Shown here: positions 17,794 through 28,029 of the stretch, piece after piece
Layout of the letters: every line of letters begins with the position of its first letter
How positions within the stretch are numbered: the stretch's first letter is position 1
DNA from: a virus
Taxonomy: Duplodnaviria; Caudoviricetes
Virus record (IMG/VR): IMGVR_UViG_2561511128_000006
Location: 1 to 64,000 of that record
DNA length: 64,000 nucleotides
Strand: one strand, 5' to 3'
Notes under the pieces: generated by a model
What the model was told of the DNA's origin: nothing
Seen by the model: only the letters and a program-made list of their open reading frames with translations
Databases searched by the model: none
Program-made: the position numbers and the translations under genes

Positions 17794-18237
17794 ATGAATA
17801 CCCAAGATTATAACACGTTGACGGAAGTTATCGAGGCCATGATCGATGAAGGCAAAAAGCCGATCAAGGCCATCGCCGCCGAGATCGGCAAGCCGTATCC
17901 GACTCTCAAGCGTGAGCTGAACCCGGCTGACGACGGCGCGAAGCTCGGAGCGGACGCACTACTCGGCATTATGGCCTCCTGTGGCTCAATCGCGCCCTTG
18001 GAATGGCTGGCGGACAGGCCCGGTTATGTCGTGAAGCCCAAGGAATGGGCAGAGCCAGACAAGCCGACTTGGGAAGGAGAATCCGTGGACGATACCATAT
18101 GCTGCGGGAAGATGGTCATGCTCATGCAGGAAAAAGCGCATCCGTCCATCGTCTCCAAGGCTGCGGAAGAATGGAAGGACGAGATAGACCAGACGAACAC
18201 TCGGTATAGGCGAGATTACAACCAAGCGAGGCAGTAA
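17794..18237 (+). CDS. Phage regulatory CII-family protein
   Basis: IAAEIGKPYPTLKRELNP...APLEWLA. Confidence 0.7.
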   Translation: MNTQDYNTLTEVIEAMIDEGKKPIKAIAAEIGKPYPTLKRELNPADDGAKLGADALLGIMASCGSIAPLEWLADRPGYVVKPKEWAEPDKPTWEGESVDDTICCGKMVMLMQEKAHPSIVSKAAEEWKDEIDQTNTRYRRDYNQARQ

Positions 18238-18238
18238 A

Positions 18239-18637
18239 ATGCCGATCCTGATTTGCCAACAGTGCGGTCGGATGTTTGAAGTGAAACGGTACTTTGCCGA
18301 AACCGCAAAGTACTGCTCAAAAGAGTGCAAGGATAAGGCCGCACAGACGCGAGGGCCTCAAAAGTGCAAGTGCTGCGGAAAAGAATTTCCAGCGAAAGGG
18401 AATGCAGCTTTTTGCGACAAAGTTTGTGGGTATGCTTTCAGAGCCGGGGTGAGCCGCGAAGAATGGCTTGAAGCTCATCCACAGAGCAATCAGTCAACAC
18501 TTTTCAAGCGTAAGTGCCATGACTGCGGGAAGCCCACAAACAACTACAGGTGTTCAGCTTGTTGGGAAAAGCTCCGCAGCGAATCTGAAACGGGTGGTAT
18601 CCCGGAATACCAGGTTATGGGGCAGGCATGGGTATAA
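18239..18637 (+). CDS. Multi-zinc-finger phage protein
   Basis: CQQCG, YCSKEC, CKCCG, FCDKVC, CHDCG...RCSAC. Confidence 0.75.
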   Translation: MPILICQQCGRMFEVKRYFAETAKYCSKECKDKAAQTRGPQKCKCCGKEFPAKGNAAFCDKVCGYAFRAGVSREEWLEAHPQSNQSTLFKRKCHDCGKPTNNYRCSACWEKLRSESETGGIPEYQVMGQAWV

Positions 18638-18837
18638 TAGGCCCGTGCCGTTTGGGTCGGCTTCACCGTGATAGGCGGCGCGTCCTGTGTTTTGCGGACT
18701 GGTCGAAAGAGTACGGAGTCCCGGCGTGGACGTCTCGAAACGGGTTCGTCAAAGACGTGAACTTCTGCCGCCTGTACTGCGAGAAGAGGCCGGATATGGT
18801 AGTTCAACGTTTAACCAAGGAGTTTTTCTATGAATGA
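18628..18837 (+). CDS. Hypothetical phage protein
   Basis: Overlaps both neighbours. Confidence 0.5.
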   Translation: MGIIGPCRLGRLHRDRRRVLCFADWSKEYGVPAWTSRNGFVKDVNFCRLYCEKRPDMVVQRLTKEFFYE

Positions 18838-19078
18838 AGGTTTCATTGAAGCATTGCGTCAGGCGCTTCCCCCTACCTTTTCCCGACAGGTTGCGGCGGA
18901 AGCCCTCAAGGGCATCTACTCTGCCGGGCGGTTGTGTACTCTCGACTCCATGGGGAAGGGGCCGGGCGGGGTGCGGCTTGGGCGTTGTGTGGCTTATGAG
19001 CGCGAATCCTTCCTGTCATGGCTGGAGGGACGGATCAACACGCCTTCCGGCAATAAGCGGCTGGGAGGGTGCGCCTGA
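18830..19078 (+). CDS. Putative wHTH DNA-binding protein
   Basis: GKGPGGVRLGRCVAYERESFLSWL resembles AlpA/Xis wings. Confidence 0.6.
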   Translation: MNEGFIEALRQALPPTFSRQVAAEALKGIYSAGRLCTLDSMGKGPGGVRLGRCVAYERESFLSWLEGRINTPSGNKRLGGCA

Positions 19079-19284
19079 TGCTCAGAAACACGAAAAGCCG
19101 GGGGGTGGAATCCCCGGCTCTCCAGAAAAAGGTATTTGTCTTAGCAGGACAGGAAAACGATAACATCCCCGCCTCTGCCCTGCAAGGTTTTTCGTCCTGA
19201 TGATGGGCGCTAGCCTTGAGGCAAAAGAAAAGGCCCGATGCGGGAACACCGGGCCAAACATAAAACCAACTCAATGGATGAATT

Positions 19285-19479
19285 ATGATGGAATCTTCGC
19301 AGAAAGTCAATGATGAGATTATGGACTCTTTGAGAGAGATAGACAGATTGTGCCGTGTAAGAACGTACCTCATTGAGAGAAATGCCAGCATCTCCAATAT
19401 CGATGACATCAACTCTAGAATTAAGATAGAGCATAACAAAATTGTCGAGTTGGAGGGGGCAAGCCATGAGAGCGCGTGA
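19285..19479 (+). CDS. Hypothetical phage protein
   Basis: Coupled to the replication gene. Confidence 0.5.
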   Translation: MMESSQKVNDEIMDSLREIDRLCRVRTYLIERNASISNIDDINSRIKIEHNKIVELEGASHESA

Positions 19480-20353
19480 TATAAAGCCCGGTTTCTTCAA
19501 GAATGATCAGCTTGCCGATTGTTCTACGGCTGCACGTCTTCTTTTCCCCGGCCTCTGGATGATGGCGGATAGGGAAGGCCGTCTAGAAAATCGCCCCAAG
19601 AAAATCAAAGGCGAAATTTTTCCTTTTGACAATGTAGACGTCGCCTCTCTTCTGGGAGAACTGGAATCTTCGGGACTGATTCGTTTTTACGAGGTGAATG
19701 GGCAGAACCTTATCTGGATTCCTCAGTTCAAGAGACACCAAAGTCCCCACAAAAACGAGAAATGTAGCGAACTTCCCGCACATCCTGACGACTTTGCAGC
19801 GCATGAATCATCACCAAAACACGACAATTACGGTGTTGCTCCCGAAAAGGATCGAAGTGCTCCCGTAATTTCTGGTCAAATCCCCCTGACTCCCTCTTCT
19901 CTGACTCCCTCTTCTCTCTCTCCGAGAGAAGATACTACCCCTGACGGGGTAGTTGTCGACGCCGAAGCCGCCGACGCCTCCCAGCCCGGCGAAAAGCGGC
20001 AGGACCATGCCTCGCCAGCCTGCCCCTATGACGCCATTGTCGGCCTGTATCACGAGGCTTTCCCGGAGCATCCCCGAGTTGCAATCGTGAACGCAAAGCG
20101 CAAGGGGGCAATGAAGGCCAGATGGACAGAGACCGGAGAGAGGCTGCGAATGCTGAACAGGGACACCTCCGCCGCCGAAAGGCTGGATTACTTTCGGCGG
20201 CTGTTTGCAAGGGCTTCCCGGTCTGATTTTCTCACTGGCAAAAAGGCTTTTCGAGATGGGACAGTGTACCGGGTGGATTTCGACAAGCTCATGTCCCCAA
20301 GCGGATTTATGGGCGTGATTGAAGGCAAGTACGACAATCGGGAGGTGGCTTGA
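19467..20353 (+). CDS. Phage replication initiator (lambda O-like)
   Basis: MRARDIKPGFFKNDQLA...LLFPGLWMMADREGRL; precedes DnaB. Confidence 0.85.
19886..19915 (+). repeat. Perfect tandem 15-mer inside the initiator gene (probable ori region)
   Basis: CTGACTCCCTCTTCT x2. Confidence 0.55.
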
Positions 20354-20354
20354 A

Positions 20355-21764
20355 ATGGCAGTTCAGACGCTTGAACGCGGCATCATGGCCCGCAGGCAGA
20401 ACGCTCCCGCGCCAAAGCCCGTCATGGCCTCGGAAGCCCGTGCACAGCTTGAGTCCAGCGTTATTGCCGCGACTCTCTCGGGCATGAACCGGGATACCCA
20501 TTTGCTTGGGGATGTACTCGATATCTGCCCCGCAGGTTGTTTTGTAACGCCAGAAGCTGCGCCGCTTGCCGTGGCTCTCGATTTGCTCCGTCAGTCCGGT
20601 CAACGTCCCAATCTCACCGCGTTGGCAACGCAGATGCAATCGCGTTGGGCGAAAGATCCTGAACTTTGGCCCGCCCCGGATATGGCGCGCATGGCTGAAC
20701 TTTCTACGTCCGCGTGGGGGCTGAAAGGCCATGCCGAGAGTTTGGCCCGAAAGCTTGCCGATGAACATCGCCGGGCGGAACTCCATGCCGGATTGCTCGA
20801 AATTGCTGCGGAAGCATCGGTTTACGGCGTGGACTCCGAATACATCGCTGACCGTGCCCGAAAGCTTGTTGAAGCTTCGGGAGGGATTCAGGAAGCCGTA
20901 ACTATGTCGAACCTCATGGGCCGCATTCGGGCAAAGCTCGATAATCCGCAATCGCTGCGCAAGGTTCAGACTCCGTGGAAAAGCTTGAACAGCGTTTTGC
21001 GTGGGGGATTCATGCCGGGGGAATTGATCGTCCTTGCCGCTCGTCCCGGACTTGGAAAGACGGCTTTAGCCGCAAATGTGGCGTTGGGTGCCGCATGGCG
21101 CGGAATGGGTGTGCTCTTTGTCTCATGCGAGATGAGCGACGAAAGCCTTGGGCATCGTCTCATCTCCCGCGTAGGGCGTATCGACGGACGGTTTTTCCGT
21201 GAAGGGATGGGCGTCACGCCGCAGATCCGTGGAGCCATTGACGCCGCCATAGGGCAGCTTGAAGCCCTTCCCTTGTCCATCGTGGAAAAGTCAACTGTGC
21301 CCATGTGCCCCCGCGAAGTCCGCAGGCTGGCGCGGGGCATCAAGGATTTAGGGCTCATCGTAGTGGACTATCTCCAGCTTTTGCATCCTGACGAGAAAAG
21401 CACCAGCAGAGAACGAGAAGTTGCGGAGATGTCACGCTCCTTTAAGCAAATGGCCCTTGATCTGCAAGTTCCTGTACTCCTGCTTTCTCAGCTTAACCGC
21501 TCAAGCGAAGAAGGCAAGCGGGAACCCCGTGTTTCCGATCTCCGAGAATCTGGAGCGATTGAGCAGGACGCGGACATCATCCTTTTGCTGCACACCCGCG
21601 ATCTGGACAGGGCTAATGCCAGACCAGACGTGAAATGCATAGTCGGGAAATCCCGCAGTACGGGAACAGGCGCATCGTTCTTGCGTTTCGAAAAAGCTTT
21701 TTCTGAGTTTACCGAGGGTGAAGCATGGGCCGGACGTCCTGCGGTACAGGAAAACGATTTGTGA
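20355..21764 (+). CDS. dnaB: DnaB-like replicative helicase
   Basis: AARPGLGKT, SCEM, VVDYLQL, LLSQLNR, DLRESGAIEQDAD. Confidence 0.95.
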   Translation: MAVQTLERGIMARRQNAPAPKPVMASEARAQLESSVIAATLSGMNRDTHLLGDVLDICPAGCFVTPEAAPLAVALDLLRQSGQRPNLTALATQMQSRWAKDPELWPAPDMARMAELSTSAWGLKGHAESLARKLADEHRRAELHAGLLEIAAEASVYGVDSEYIADRARKLVEASGGIQEAVTMSNLMGRIRAKLDNPQSLRKVQTPWKSLNSVLRGGFMPGELIVLAARPGLGKTALAANVALGAAWRGMGVLFVSCEMSDESLGHRLISRVGRIDGRFFREGMGVTPQIRGAIDAAIGQLEALPLSIVEKSTVPMCPREVRRLARGIKDLGLIVVDYLQLLHPDEKSTSREREVAEMSRSFKQMALDLQVPVLLLSQLNRSSEEGKREPRVSDLRESGAIEQDADIILLLHTRDLDRANARPDVKCIVGKSRSTGTGASFLRFEKAFSEFTEGEAWAGRPAVQENDL

Positions 21765-21835
21765 TGTGCCCACGGTACTGTGAAATCTTCGGCCCCGGAG
21801 CGTGTGCAGGGGTGTTTGACGAAAAGGAGTGTGTG

Positions 21836-22255
21836 ATGAGCACGTACAGGGAAGAATCGTTGCCGGAAACACTGCAAGACATGTCCGACCGTTTCGGAAA
21901 GCCCTTTGTCCGGCACATGATTGAACGCTTCGCGGGTATAACTCTTATTATTCCCGCCAAAAGCCGGAAGACGCGGCTAGCTCGGGAATTGTGCACCTTC
22001 TTGGGGCAGGATGCCCTTTCCGACTTTCTGCACACCTATGGCGGTACGAGAATCTATATCCCCACTTTGCGCCGGGCGAAGATCCGCGCACGGGACATGG
22101 ACATCAACGCCGAGCGGGACGAGTTGGCTCGCAAGGGGCTGAGTGAAAGAGCGCTTGTCGCCAGGCTCGCCACGCTGCACGGGCTTTCCGAACGGCAGGT
22201 GTGGCGCATTTTAAAACAGCCGAGAACCTCGGACAACAGGGAGGCGGCGTCATGA
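21836..22255 (+). CDS. Mor/C-family transcription activator 1
   Basis: YGGTRIYIPT...RDMDI...LATLHGLSERQVWRIL. Confidence 0.85.
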   Translation: MSTYREESLPETLQDMSDRFGKPFVRHMIERFAGITLIIPAKSRKTRLARELCTFLGQDALSDFLHTYGGTRIYIPTLRRAKIRARDMDINAERDELARKGLSERALVARLATLHGLSERQVWRILKQPRTSDNREAAS

Positions 22256-22683
22256 CGGTCTTACGCTTCACCTTGTCCTGCACGCCCACGGCACAGGCCC
22301 GAGTCCGCCACGCCGTCCGCTGCGGGCACAGCGTGGCCTACAAGTCCGCCGGGCAGAAGAGCGCGGAAGCCGTGCTTGACGATCTCCTTTCTGCGCGCGC
22401 CCCGAAAAAGCCTCTAGAAGGACCTCTCGTGCTCGAATTTGTCGCGGGGATGCCGATTCCCGCATCGACCCCGAAAAAACAACGAGAGGCTATGTTGCGC
22501 GGCGAAATCGCCCACACGAAGAAACCGGACTTAGACAACATGGCAAAGCAGCTCAAAGACGCCATGTCGCGCACCGGGTTCTGGGGCGACGACAGGCAGG
22601 TGGTGTCCCTGCGTTGCTCGAAATGCTACGCAGCAGTCCCGCATTGGGAGGTAGCCGTGTACACACAGGAGGAAGCGCAATGA
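22252..22683 (+). CDS. rusA: RusA Holliday junction resolvase
   Basis: KKPDLDNMAKQLKDAM...WGDDRQV. Confidence 0.92.
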   Translation: MTVLRFTLSCTPTAQARVRHAVRCGHSVAYKSAGQKSAEAVLDDLLSARAPKKPLEGPLVLEFVAGMPIPASTPKKQREAMLRGEIAHTKKPDLDNMAKQLKDAMSRTGFWGDDRQVVSLRCSKCYAAVPHWEVAVYTQEEAQ

Positions 22684-22862
22684 ATGAACGGAAATTGCTG
22701 CTCGGCTGGAAGGCCATCACAGCCTACACCGGAGTTAGCCGCCTCCTCATGATCCGCTACGCCTACCCCGTCCACGACTGCGACAGGGCAACTCATCACG
22801 GGTACGGCGTCTGTGCCTATACCGACGAGCTTGACGCCCACAAGGAGGCTACCAGTGCATAA
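22680..22862 (+). CDS. Hypothetical phage protein
   Basis: LLLGWKAITAYTG; coupled. Confidence 0.6.
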   Translation: MNERKLLLGWKAITAYTGVSRLLMIRYAYPVHDCDRATHHGYGVCAYTDELDAHKEATSA

Positions 22863-23115
22863 CATCGACATCACGATACTTGGTGAACAGGCTCTTGCGG
22901 CACTCATGCAGCGGCTGTCGGAAGCACGCGGGAAGCACCCTGTTTTCGCGGAGGGCAAATACCATGCGCTCGGCGTTATCGGGGAGGAGTACCGTGAGCT
23001 TGTATACGCCGTTGAGCATGAAACTCCGGAGCGTATCCGCGACGAAGCCCTCGATGTAGCTGTGACCGCACTGCGGCTATGGCTTGGGGAACACAAGGTT
23101 GGTGCTCATGAGTGA
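22855..23115 (+). CDS. MazG-like all-alpha hypothetical protein
   Basis: GVIGEEYREL...IRDEALDVAVTALR. Confidence 0.55.
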   Translation: MHNIDITILGEQALAALMQRLSEARGKHPVFAEGKYHALGVIGEEYRELVYAVEHETPERIRDEALDVAVTALRLWLGEHKVGAHE

Positions 23116-23476
23116 CGTGTGGGTGAGCCAGTTCGAACTGTCAGAGGCCATCGGTGACGTGGGGGCGGTCATCCTCTGCGCACAGTGCGGTGGACGTTCA
23201 TACTTTATCCCCCGGAAGCCCACAGGTTTTCTTCTGGAGTTGCTTGGTCGGCAGCGTATGGCGGCACTCTGTACAGAATTTTGGGGGATGCAGATCGTCG
23301 TGCCCAACCTGCGCCGTGGTGAACCGTTCAAAGGACGTATCCTGTCCCGTCTGGAAGCAGGGGAGAAGCCGGACGCCATCGCCGAAGCCCTTGGCGTGAC
23401 CACCAGGTACGTCCGTCGGCTCAAAAAGCAGCTTTGCGGGAACCCGGAACCACAGCAGCAATATCGGCTGTTGTAG
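23108..23476 (+). CDS. Mor/C-family transcription activator 2
   Basis: CGGRSYFIP...FWGMQIVVP...IAEALGVTTRYVRRL. Confidence 0.8.
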   Translation: MSDVWVSQFELSEAIGDVGAVILCAQCGGRSYFIPRKPTGFLLELLGRQRMAALCTEFWGMQIVVPNLRRGEPFKGRILSRLEAGEKPDAIAEALGVTTRYVRRLKKQLCGNPEPQQQYRLL

Positions 23477-23492
23477 AATCTTGTTCACGGTG
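23476..23492 (+). promoter_or_regulatory. Late-promoter motif copy 1 (lysis operon)
   Basis: GAATCTTGTTCACGGTG. Confidence 0.7.
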
Positions 23493-23541
23493 TCCTCCCC
23501 CTATTCTCTTGTGCGAGAGTGGACGCAGGAGGATATTTTTT

Positions 23542-23928
23542 ATGGCTGTTCTTCCCTTGCGTCACTTCTCCCCGGTCGAGTTCCGCTGCAAGTGCGGGTG
23601 CGGCGCGGGCATGGAGAAGATGGACGCCGATCTGCTCCAGATGCTCGATGAGGCCCGTGATCTGGCGGGTATCCCGTTCCCCCTTTCTTCCGCCTACCGC
23701 TGCCCGAAGCACAACAAGGCGGTCGGCGGCGTGCCCACCTCCGCGCACACTCGCGGCTACGCCGTGGATATCCGCTGCGTGGATTCCCATTCCCGTTTCG
23801 CCATGCTGCAAGCCCTGCTTGAGGCCGGGTTCCGGCGCGTCGAGCTGGCTCCGACGTGGATCCATGTGGACAACGACCCCGACAAGCCGCGCGACGTGGC
23901 CTTTTACCAGCATGGAGGCAAGTACTGA
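23542..23928 (+). CDS. Endolysin, peptidase M15A
   Basis: FRCKCGC, SAYRCPKHN, SAH..GYAVDI, WIHVD. Confidence 0.9.
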   Translation: MAVLPLRHFSPVEFRCKCGCGAGMEKMDADLLQMLDEARDLAGIPFPLSSAYRCPKHNKAVGGVPTSAHTRGYAVDIRCVDSHSRFAMLQALLEAGFRRVELAPTWIHVDNDPDKPRDVAFYQHGGKY

Positions 23929-24218
23929 TGGAAGCGACCGTGATTGATTTCATCCTTTCGACCTTGATGAGCCTTTCCGCGCAGTATCCCGATGCGGCGT
24001 GGCTCGTGACCGCCCTGAGCGTGGTCATGACCGTGTGCGGCCTGTGCGCCGTGGCCACCGCATGGATGCCCGTCCCCAAGGAAAAGAACGGGCTTTATGC
24101 CGTCTTCTACCGCTGGGCCCATGCCCTTGCCGCACACTTCGGGCAGAACAAGGGCGCGGTGGCGGACGGCAAGTCCGAAACCGTGAAGGCCGAAGTCAAG
24201 GCCGTGACGGGGAAGTGA
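23928..24218 (+). CDS. Holin-like membrane protein
   Basis: Hydrophobic segments; coupled to the endolysin. Confidence 0.65.
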   Translation: MEATVIDFILSTLMSLSAQYPDAAWLVTALSVVMTVCGLCAVATAWMPVPKEKNGLYAVFYRWAHALAAHFGQNKGAVADGKSETVKAEVKAVTGK

Positions 24219-24538
24219 TGTGCGGGCCGTCCTTGAGTTCCTTTCATCGCTCGCCGGGATCCTTAAGCTGTGGCTGCGTCAACGGTACGGCGAACGCCGC
24301 GAGGCTGATCGCGCTGCTGTTCGTGATGACGCTGGCGGCGAGTGGGTGCAGCACAGTGGCGGAACCGACCGCCGCGACAAGCCTGGCTCCGCTGACGCCG
24401 GGGGCCGTCGTGACGGGTGAGTGGTCCTACACCTACCGGGGCGAGACGTTCACCGAGCCCGGCGAGTGGGTGCACCTGCCCGCAGGCGAGGCCGGGAACC
24501 TGCTCCTGTGGATCAAGGGCGTTGAGGCTGGAAGCTGA
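24218..24538 (+). CDS. Putative o-spanin lipoprotein (start uncertain)
   Basis: LIALLFVMTLAASG-C lipobox in an overlapping frame. Confidence 0.55.
   Translation: MCGPSLSSFHRSPGSLSCGCVNGTANAARLIALLFVMTLAASGCSTVAEPTAATSLAPLTPGAVVTGEWSYTYRGETFTEPGEWVHLPAGEAGNLLLWIKGVEAGS
24220..24420 (+). CDS. Putative i-spanin
   Basis: N-terminal hydrophobic anchor; overlaps a lipoprotein ORF. Confidence 0.5.
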   Translation: MRAVLEFLSSLAGILKLWLRQRYGERREADRAAVRDDAGGEWVQHSGGTDRRDKPGSADAGGRRDG

Positions 24539-24810
24539 TGGAGCATACACTGGACCATGAATCCCGGCTTTCCCGCATTGAGGCATTGCTCGAAGCGCTC
24601 AACCAGCGGCTTGACGACGCGATACTCACGCAACTCCGCGATCATGGAAAACGCATTCGGGATCTTGAGGATCATATCTCGGTTATGGCCGAGACGTGCG
24701 CGCGGGAACGCGGGGAGCGGCAGGGCAGCAGGGCAACGGCCATCGCCATCATAACCGCCCTCTCGGGAGTTGGCGGTTGCATCGGTGCCATTGTGGGCCG
24801 GATGTTTTGA
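24538..24810 (+). CDS. Coiled-coil protein with C-terminal TM
   Basis: Coupled ORF in the lysis/packaging operon. Confidence 0.65.
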   Translation: MEHTLDHESRLSRIEALLEALNQRLDDAILTQLRDHGKRIRDLEDHISVMAETCARERGERQGSRATAIAIITALSGVGGCIGAIVGRMF

Positions 24811-24827
24811 GAATGCCCTGTGCATGA

Positions 24828-25289
24828 ATGGACACCTATGCGCTCCAGCGTCAGCTTCTTCAGGCAGAACTTCCTCCAACGGAAAAGCTTGTAGGTATGG
24901 TGCTCGCCATACACATGGACAAGCGGACCGGAAAAATCCGCGTGCGGCAGGAAACCGTCGCGCAGGAGTGTGGCGTGTCTGCGCGAACAGTGCGCAGGGC
25001 CATTGCTGCGCTCGTATCCTCCGGAGTGTTCGTCTCCGTGGCAACCGGACGCTCCTCGGTTTTGGTTGCTGGTTCTGGAAAGAGTACTGGAAGAGTGGAC
25101 CGGCCACCGGTGTCCTATCAGACCGGTCACGGGTGTCCGCAATTGAAGCGGAAAAGGGCCCCTTGGGAGTATGATTTGGCGCACAGTACGAGGCCCGAGG
25201 AAGAGGAGAAACGAGGGCATGAAAGTTTTTTGAGAGAACAGGAAGAACGCAGGCCAAACGGGGGGTGCGACGATGGCGGCACGATTTGA
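24828..25289 (+). CDS. HTH-domain protein
   Basis: VRQETVAQECGVSARTVRRAIAAL. Confidence 0.7.
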   Translation: MDTYALQRQLLQAELPPTEKLVGMVLAIHMDKRTGKIRVRQETVAQECGVSARTVRRAIAALVSSGVFVSVATGRSSVLVAGSGKSTGRVDRPPVSYQTGHGCPQLKRKRAPWEYDLAHSTRPEEEEKRGHESFLREQEERRPNGGCDDGGTI

Positions 25290-25812
25290 TTGGGAATCCA
25301 TCCGGGCCGAGTACGAAGTAGGGGCGAGCCAGTCCGATCTGTCCAAGCGGTACGGTGTGAGCCGGACGGCCATCCAAAAGCGCATCCGGGCCGAAGGCTG
25401 GGTGCAGGATATTTCCGGCACCGTGAACCGCATGGCAGAGGCCAAGGTTGCGGGCGTGGTTGCAGGCTGCAACCCTCAAAAAAAGGCCGAAGCCTTGGAC
25501 CGCGCCGCCGAAGCCAAGGCCGCTGTCATCACCCGCCACCAGCGGGAGTGGGATCGGCATCAGTCCATTATGGATGAGGCGTTGTCCGAAGGCAGCTTCG
25601 ACAAGGCCAAGCTCGCCAAGATCACCGCCGAGACGATCAAGATCCGGCAGGAGGGAGAGCGCAAGGCGTGGGGCATCGTGGACAAAGCTGCGTTGGATCA
25701 TACTTCATCCGACGGTTCGCTGTCTCAGCGTCCGGTGGATCTCTCGCATCTCTCTCCGGACGAGTTGCTTCGCCTGACAAAGGAAGCCTTCAAAACGCCG
25801 GATCATGAGTAG
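25273..25812 (+). CDS. terS: Terminase small subunit
   Basis: DWESIRAEY...LSKRYGVSRTAIQKRIRAEGW; directly before terL. Confidence 0.85.
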   Translation: MAARFDWESIRAEYEVGASQSDLSKRYGVSRTAIQKRIRAEGWVQDISGTVNRMAEAKVAGVVAGCNPQKKAEALDRAAEAKAAVITRHQREWDRHQSIMDEALSEGSFDKAKLAKITAETIKIRQEGERKAWGIVDKAALDHTSSDGSLSQRPVDLSHLSPDELLRLTKEAFKTPDHE

Positions 25813-27268
25813 CCCAGCCATCCTTTCCGATATCCGGAAGGCGTTGGCCCGGAGCTGTCTCGCGGCCTTCGTGCGCTACACCATGCCCGGCTACCGCATG
25901 GGATGGGTGCATGAGGAAATCTGTTCCGAGCTAGACGCCTTCCTTGCCGATGTCGTAGCCGGGCGTTCCCCGCGCCTCATGCTGACCATGCCGCCCCGCC
26001 ACGGGAAAAGCGAGCTCGCCTCCCGACGTTTCCCGGCTTACGCCTTGGGCCGTTATCCTGATCTATCCGTCATTTCAACGAGCTACGCCGCCGACCTGTC
26101 CTCGCGCATGAACCGCGACGTCCAGCGTGTCATCGACAGTCCGGAATACCGGGAACTCTTTCCCGGCACGGCGCTGTACGGCAAGAACATCCGCACCGTG
26201 GGGAACGGTTCCTACCTCCGCAATTCAGATATATTCGAGGTAGTGGGGCACGCTGGATGCTACCGTTCCGCTGGCGTGGGCGGCGGCATCACGGGCATGG
26301 GCGGGCATATCGTCATCGTCGACGACCCATTCAAAGACCGGGCATCCGCCGATTCCCCGACCATCCGCCAGAACGTCTGGGACTGGTACACGTCCACGCT
26401 GTACACGCGCCTCGCGCCCGGCGGGGGGGTTCTCATTATCAATACGCGCTGGCACATGGCCGACCTTTCCGGGCGGCTGCTTGAGGCCGCCGCACGGGGG
26501 GAGGGCGACCACTGGCGTGTGGTGGACTTCCCCGCCATCGCCACGGCGGACGAGCCACATCGTAAGGCCGGGGAAGCCCTGCACCCGGAACGTTACCCGC
26601 TGAGCCAGCTCCTTGCCATTAAGAAAGCCCTCGGCACACGCGACTGGGAGGCCCTGTACCAGCAGCGGCCTACGCCCGACGGCGGCGCCATTTTCAAATC
26701 CGAGTGGTTGCGCTTCTGGCTCCCCAAAGATCTGCCAGAGCAGTTCGACCAGCTCCTTATCTCGTGGGATATGACGTTCAAGGACGGCGACGATACCGAC
26801 TTTGTTGTGGGGCAGGTGTGGGGCCGCAAGGGGGCCGACCGCTACCTCCTCGATCAGGTCCGGCGGCGCATGGGATTTACGGATACGGTCGCCGCGTTCC
26901 GGGCGCTCGCCGCTAAATGGCCCGGCGCAGCCCGTAAGCTGGTGGAGGATAAGGCCAACGGCCCGGCGGTTATCGACGCGCTGAAACATGCTGTGCCTGG
27001 TATCATCCCCGTGGAGCCGGACGGCAGCAAGACGGCCCGGGCCCATGCCGTGACCACGTTCTTCGAGGCCGGGAACGTCCTGCTCCCGCACCCTGAGCAT
27101 TGCCCGTGGGCGCGGGAGTACGTCGCGGAACTGACACAGTTCCCCGGTGCGCCCCACGACGACCAAGTGGACGCCACAACACAGGCGCTGCGTGATTTCG
27201 ATACCAAGCGGCCCATGTGCATCAACCCCGCCATCCTCAATCATCCACGTATGGGAAGGAGAATATAA
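25805..27268 (+). CDS. terL: Terminase large subunit
   Basis: MPPRHGKSE (Walker A), IVIVDDP, ISWDMTFK, HDDQVDA. Confidence 0.95.
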   Translation: MSSPAILSDIRKALARSCLAAFVRYTMPGYRMGWVHEEICSELDAFLADVVAGRSPRLMLTMPPRHGKSELASRRFPAYALGRYPDLSVISTSYAADLSSRMNRDVQRVIDSPEYRELFPGTALYGKNIRTVGNGSYLRNSDIFEVVGHAGCYRSAGVGGGITGMGGHIVIVDDPFKDRASADSPTIRQNVWDWYTSTLYTRLAPGGGVLIINTRWHMADLSGRLLEAAARGEGDHWRVVDFPAIATADEPHRKAGEALHPERYPLSQLLAIKKALGTRDWEALYQQRPTPDGGAIFKSEWLRFWLPKDLPEQFDQLLISWDMTFKDGDDTDFVVGQVWGRKGADRYLLDQVRRRMGFTDTVAAFRALAAKWPGAARKLVEDKANGPAVIDALKHAVPGIIPVEPDGSKTARAHAVTTFFEAGNVLLPHPEHCPWAREYVAELTQFPGAPHDDQVDATTQALRDFDTKRPMCINPAILNHPRMGRRI

Positions 27269-27282
27269 ATGAATGTAAAGAG

Positions 27283-28029
27283 TTAGAGTCCTGCTTCTTG
27301 ACATCTTTCCTTCACAAAAGGGTTCTCGTTACCTTGTAGTCTTTCAATACGTCTGGCCCGCGTGCATTCCCACGCATCAACCGGATACATCTTGTCCCAT
27401 GCGTCCATGAGCTGCGTCTGCTGGCGGCTCATGCGGTAGCGCGGGGCATAGGCGTCGGCCATATACTTGTAGGTCCGGGCAATCTGTCCCCTCGCTCTGA
27501 TAGGCGGCTCGGCCCTGCGGTCGGCGATCTTCATCCCGCAGCTTCCGAAGTCCGGCTCCTCGCCCGGCAACATCTGAAAGTTGTAGTTCTGGCGTAGGGC
27601 ATTCACCGCGCCGATGGCCGGATACAGATTGTACAGGTCAGCCTGCATGAGCCTGTATTCCCGGCTGACCTTCTCGGCGCACTTGCGGCCTTTGAACGCC
27701 TTTCCCCTGTTGTCCACGCACTGCGCGTCGCCCTCGCGCCACTCCGCGAACGCCTGCCCGAAGTTCTCGGCGGGGACCACGTGTTCCCATTCCACCTTCC
27801 CGGCCCGCTTCTCGTGCTTCGCGGCAGTAAAACCCTCCGGCAGGGTGACGTTCTTCTTCTCGTCGAACGCCGCCCCGCAGTAGAGCGTGATCCGATGGTC
27901 ATAATAGACCTGCCGTTCCAGCGTCTTCTTGGCCTTGCTGAACGAATCGTTCCATTCGTTGCCCGCGGCCTGCGCCTCGGACGTCATAACCAGCGCGGCC
28001 AGCAGAAACACCATGATGCTTTTGTACAT
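27283..28029 (-). CDS. endA: Secreted endonuclease I (EndA/Dns family) moron
   Basis: Signal peptide; VEWEHVVPA, MQADLYNLYPAIGAVNALRQN, ARGQIARTY, GNENPFV. Confidence 0.92.
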   Translation of the reverse strand: MYKSIMVFLLAALVMTSEAQAAGNEWNDSFSKAKKTLERQVYYDHRITLYCGAAFDEKKNVTLPEGFTAAKHEKRAGKVEWEHVVPAENFGQAFAEWREGDAQCVDNRGKAFKGRKCAEKVSREYRLMQADLYNLYPAIGAVNALRQNYNFQMLPGEEPDFGSCGMKIADRRAEPPIRARGQIARTYKYMADAYAPRYRMSRQQTQLMDAWDKMYPVDAWECTRARRIERLQGNENPFVKERCQEAGL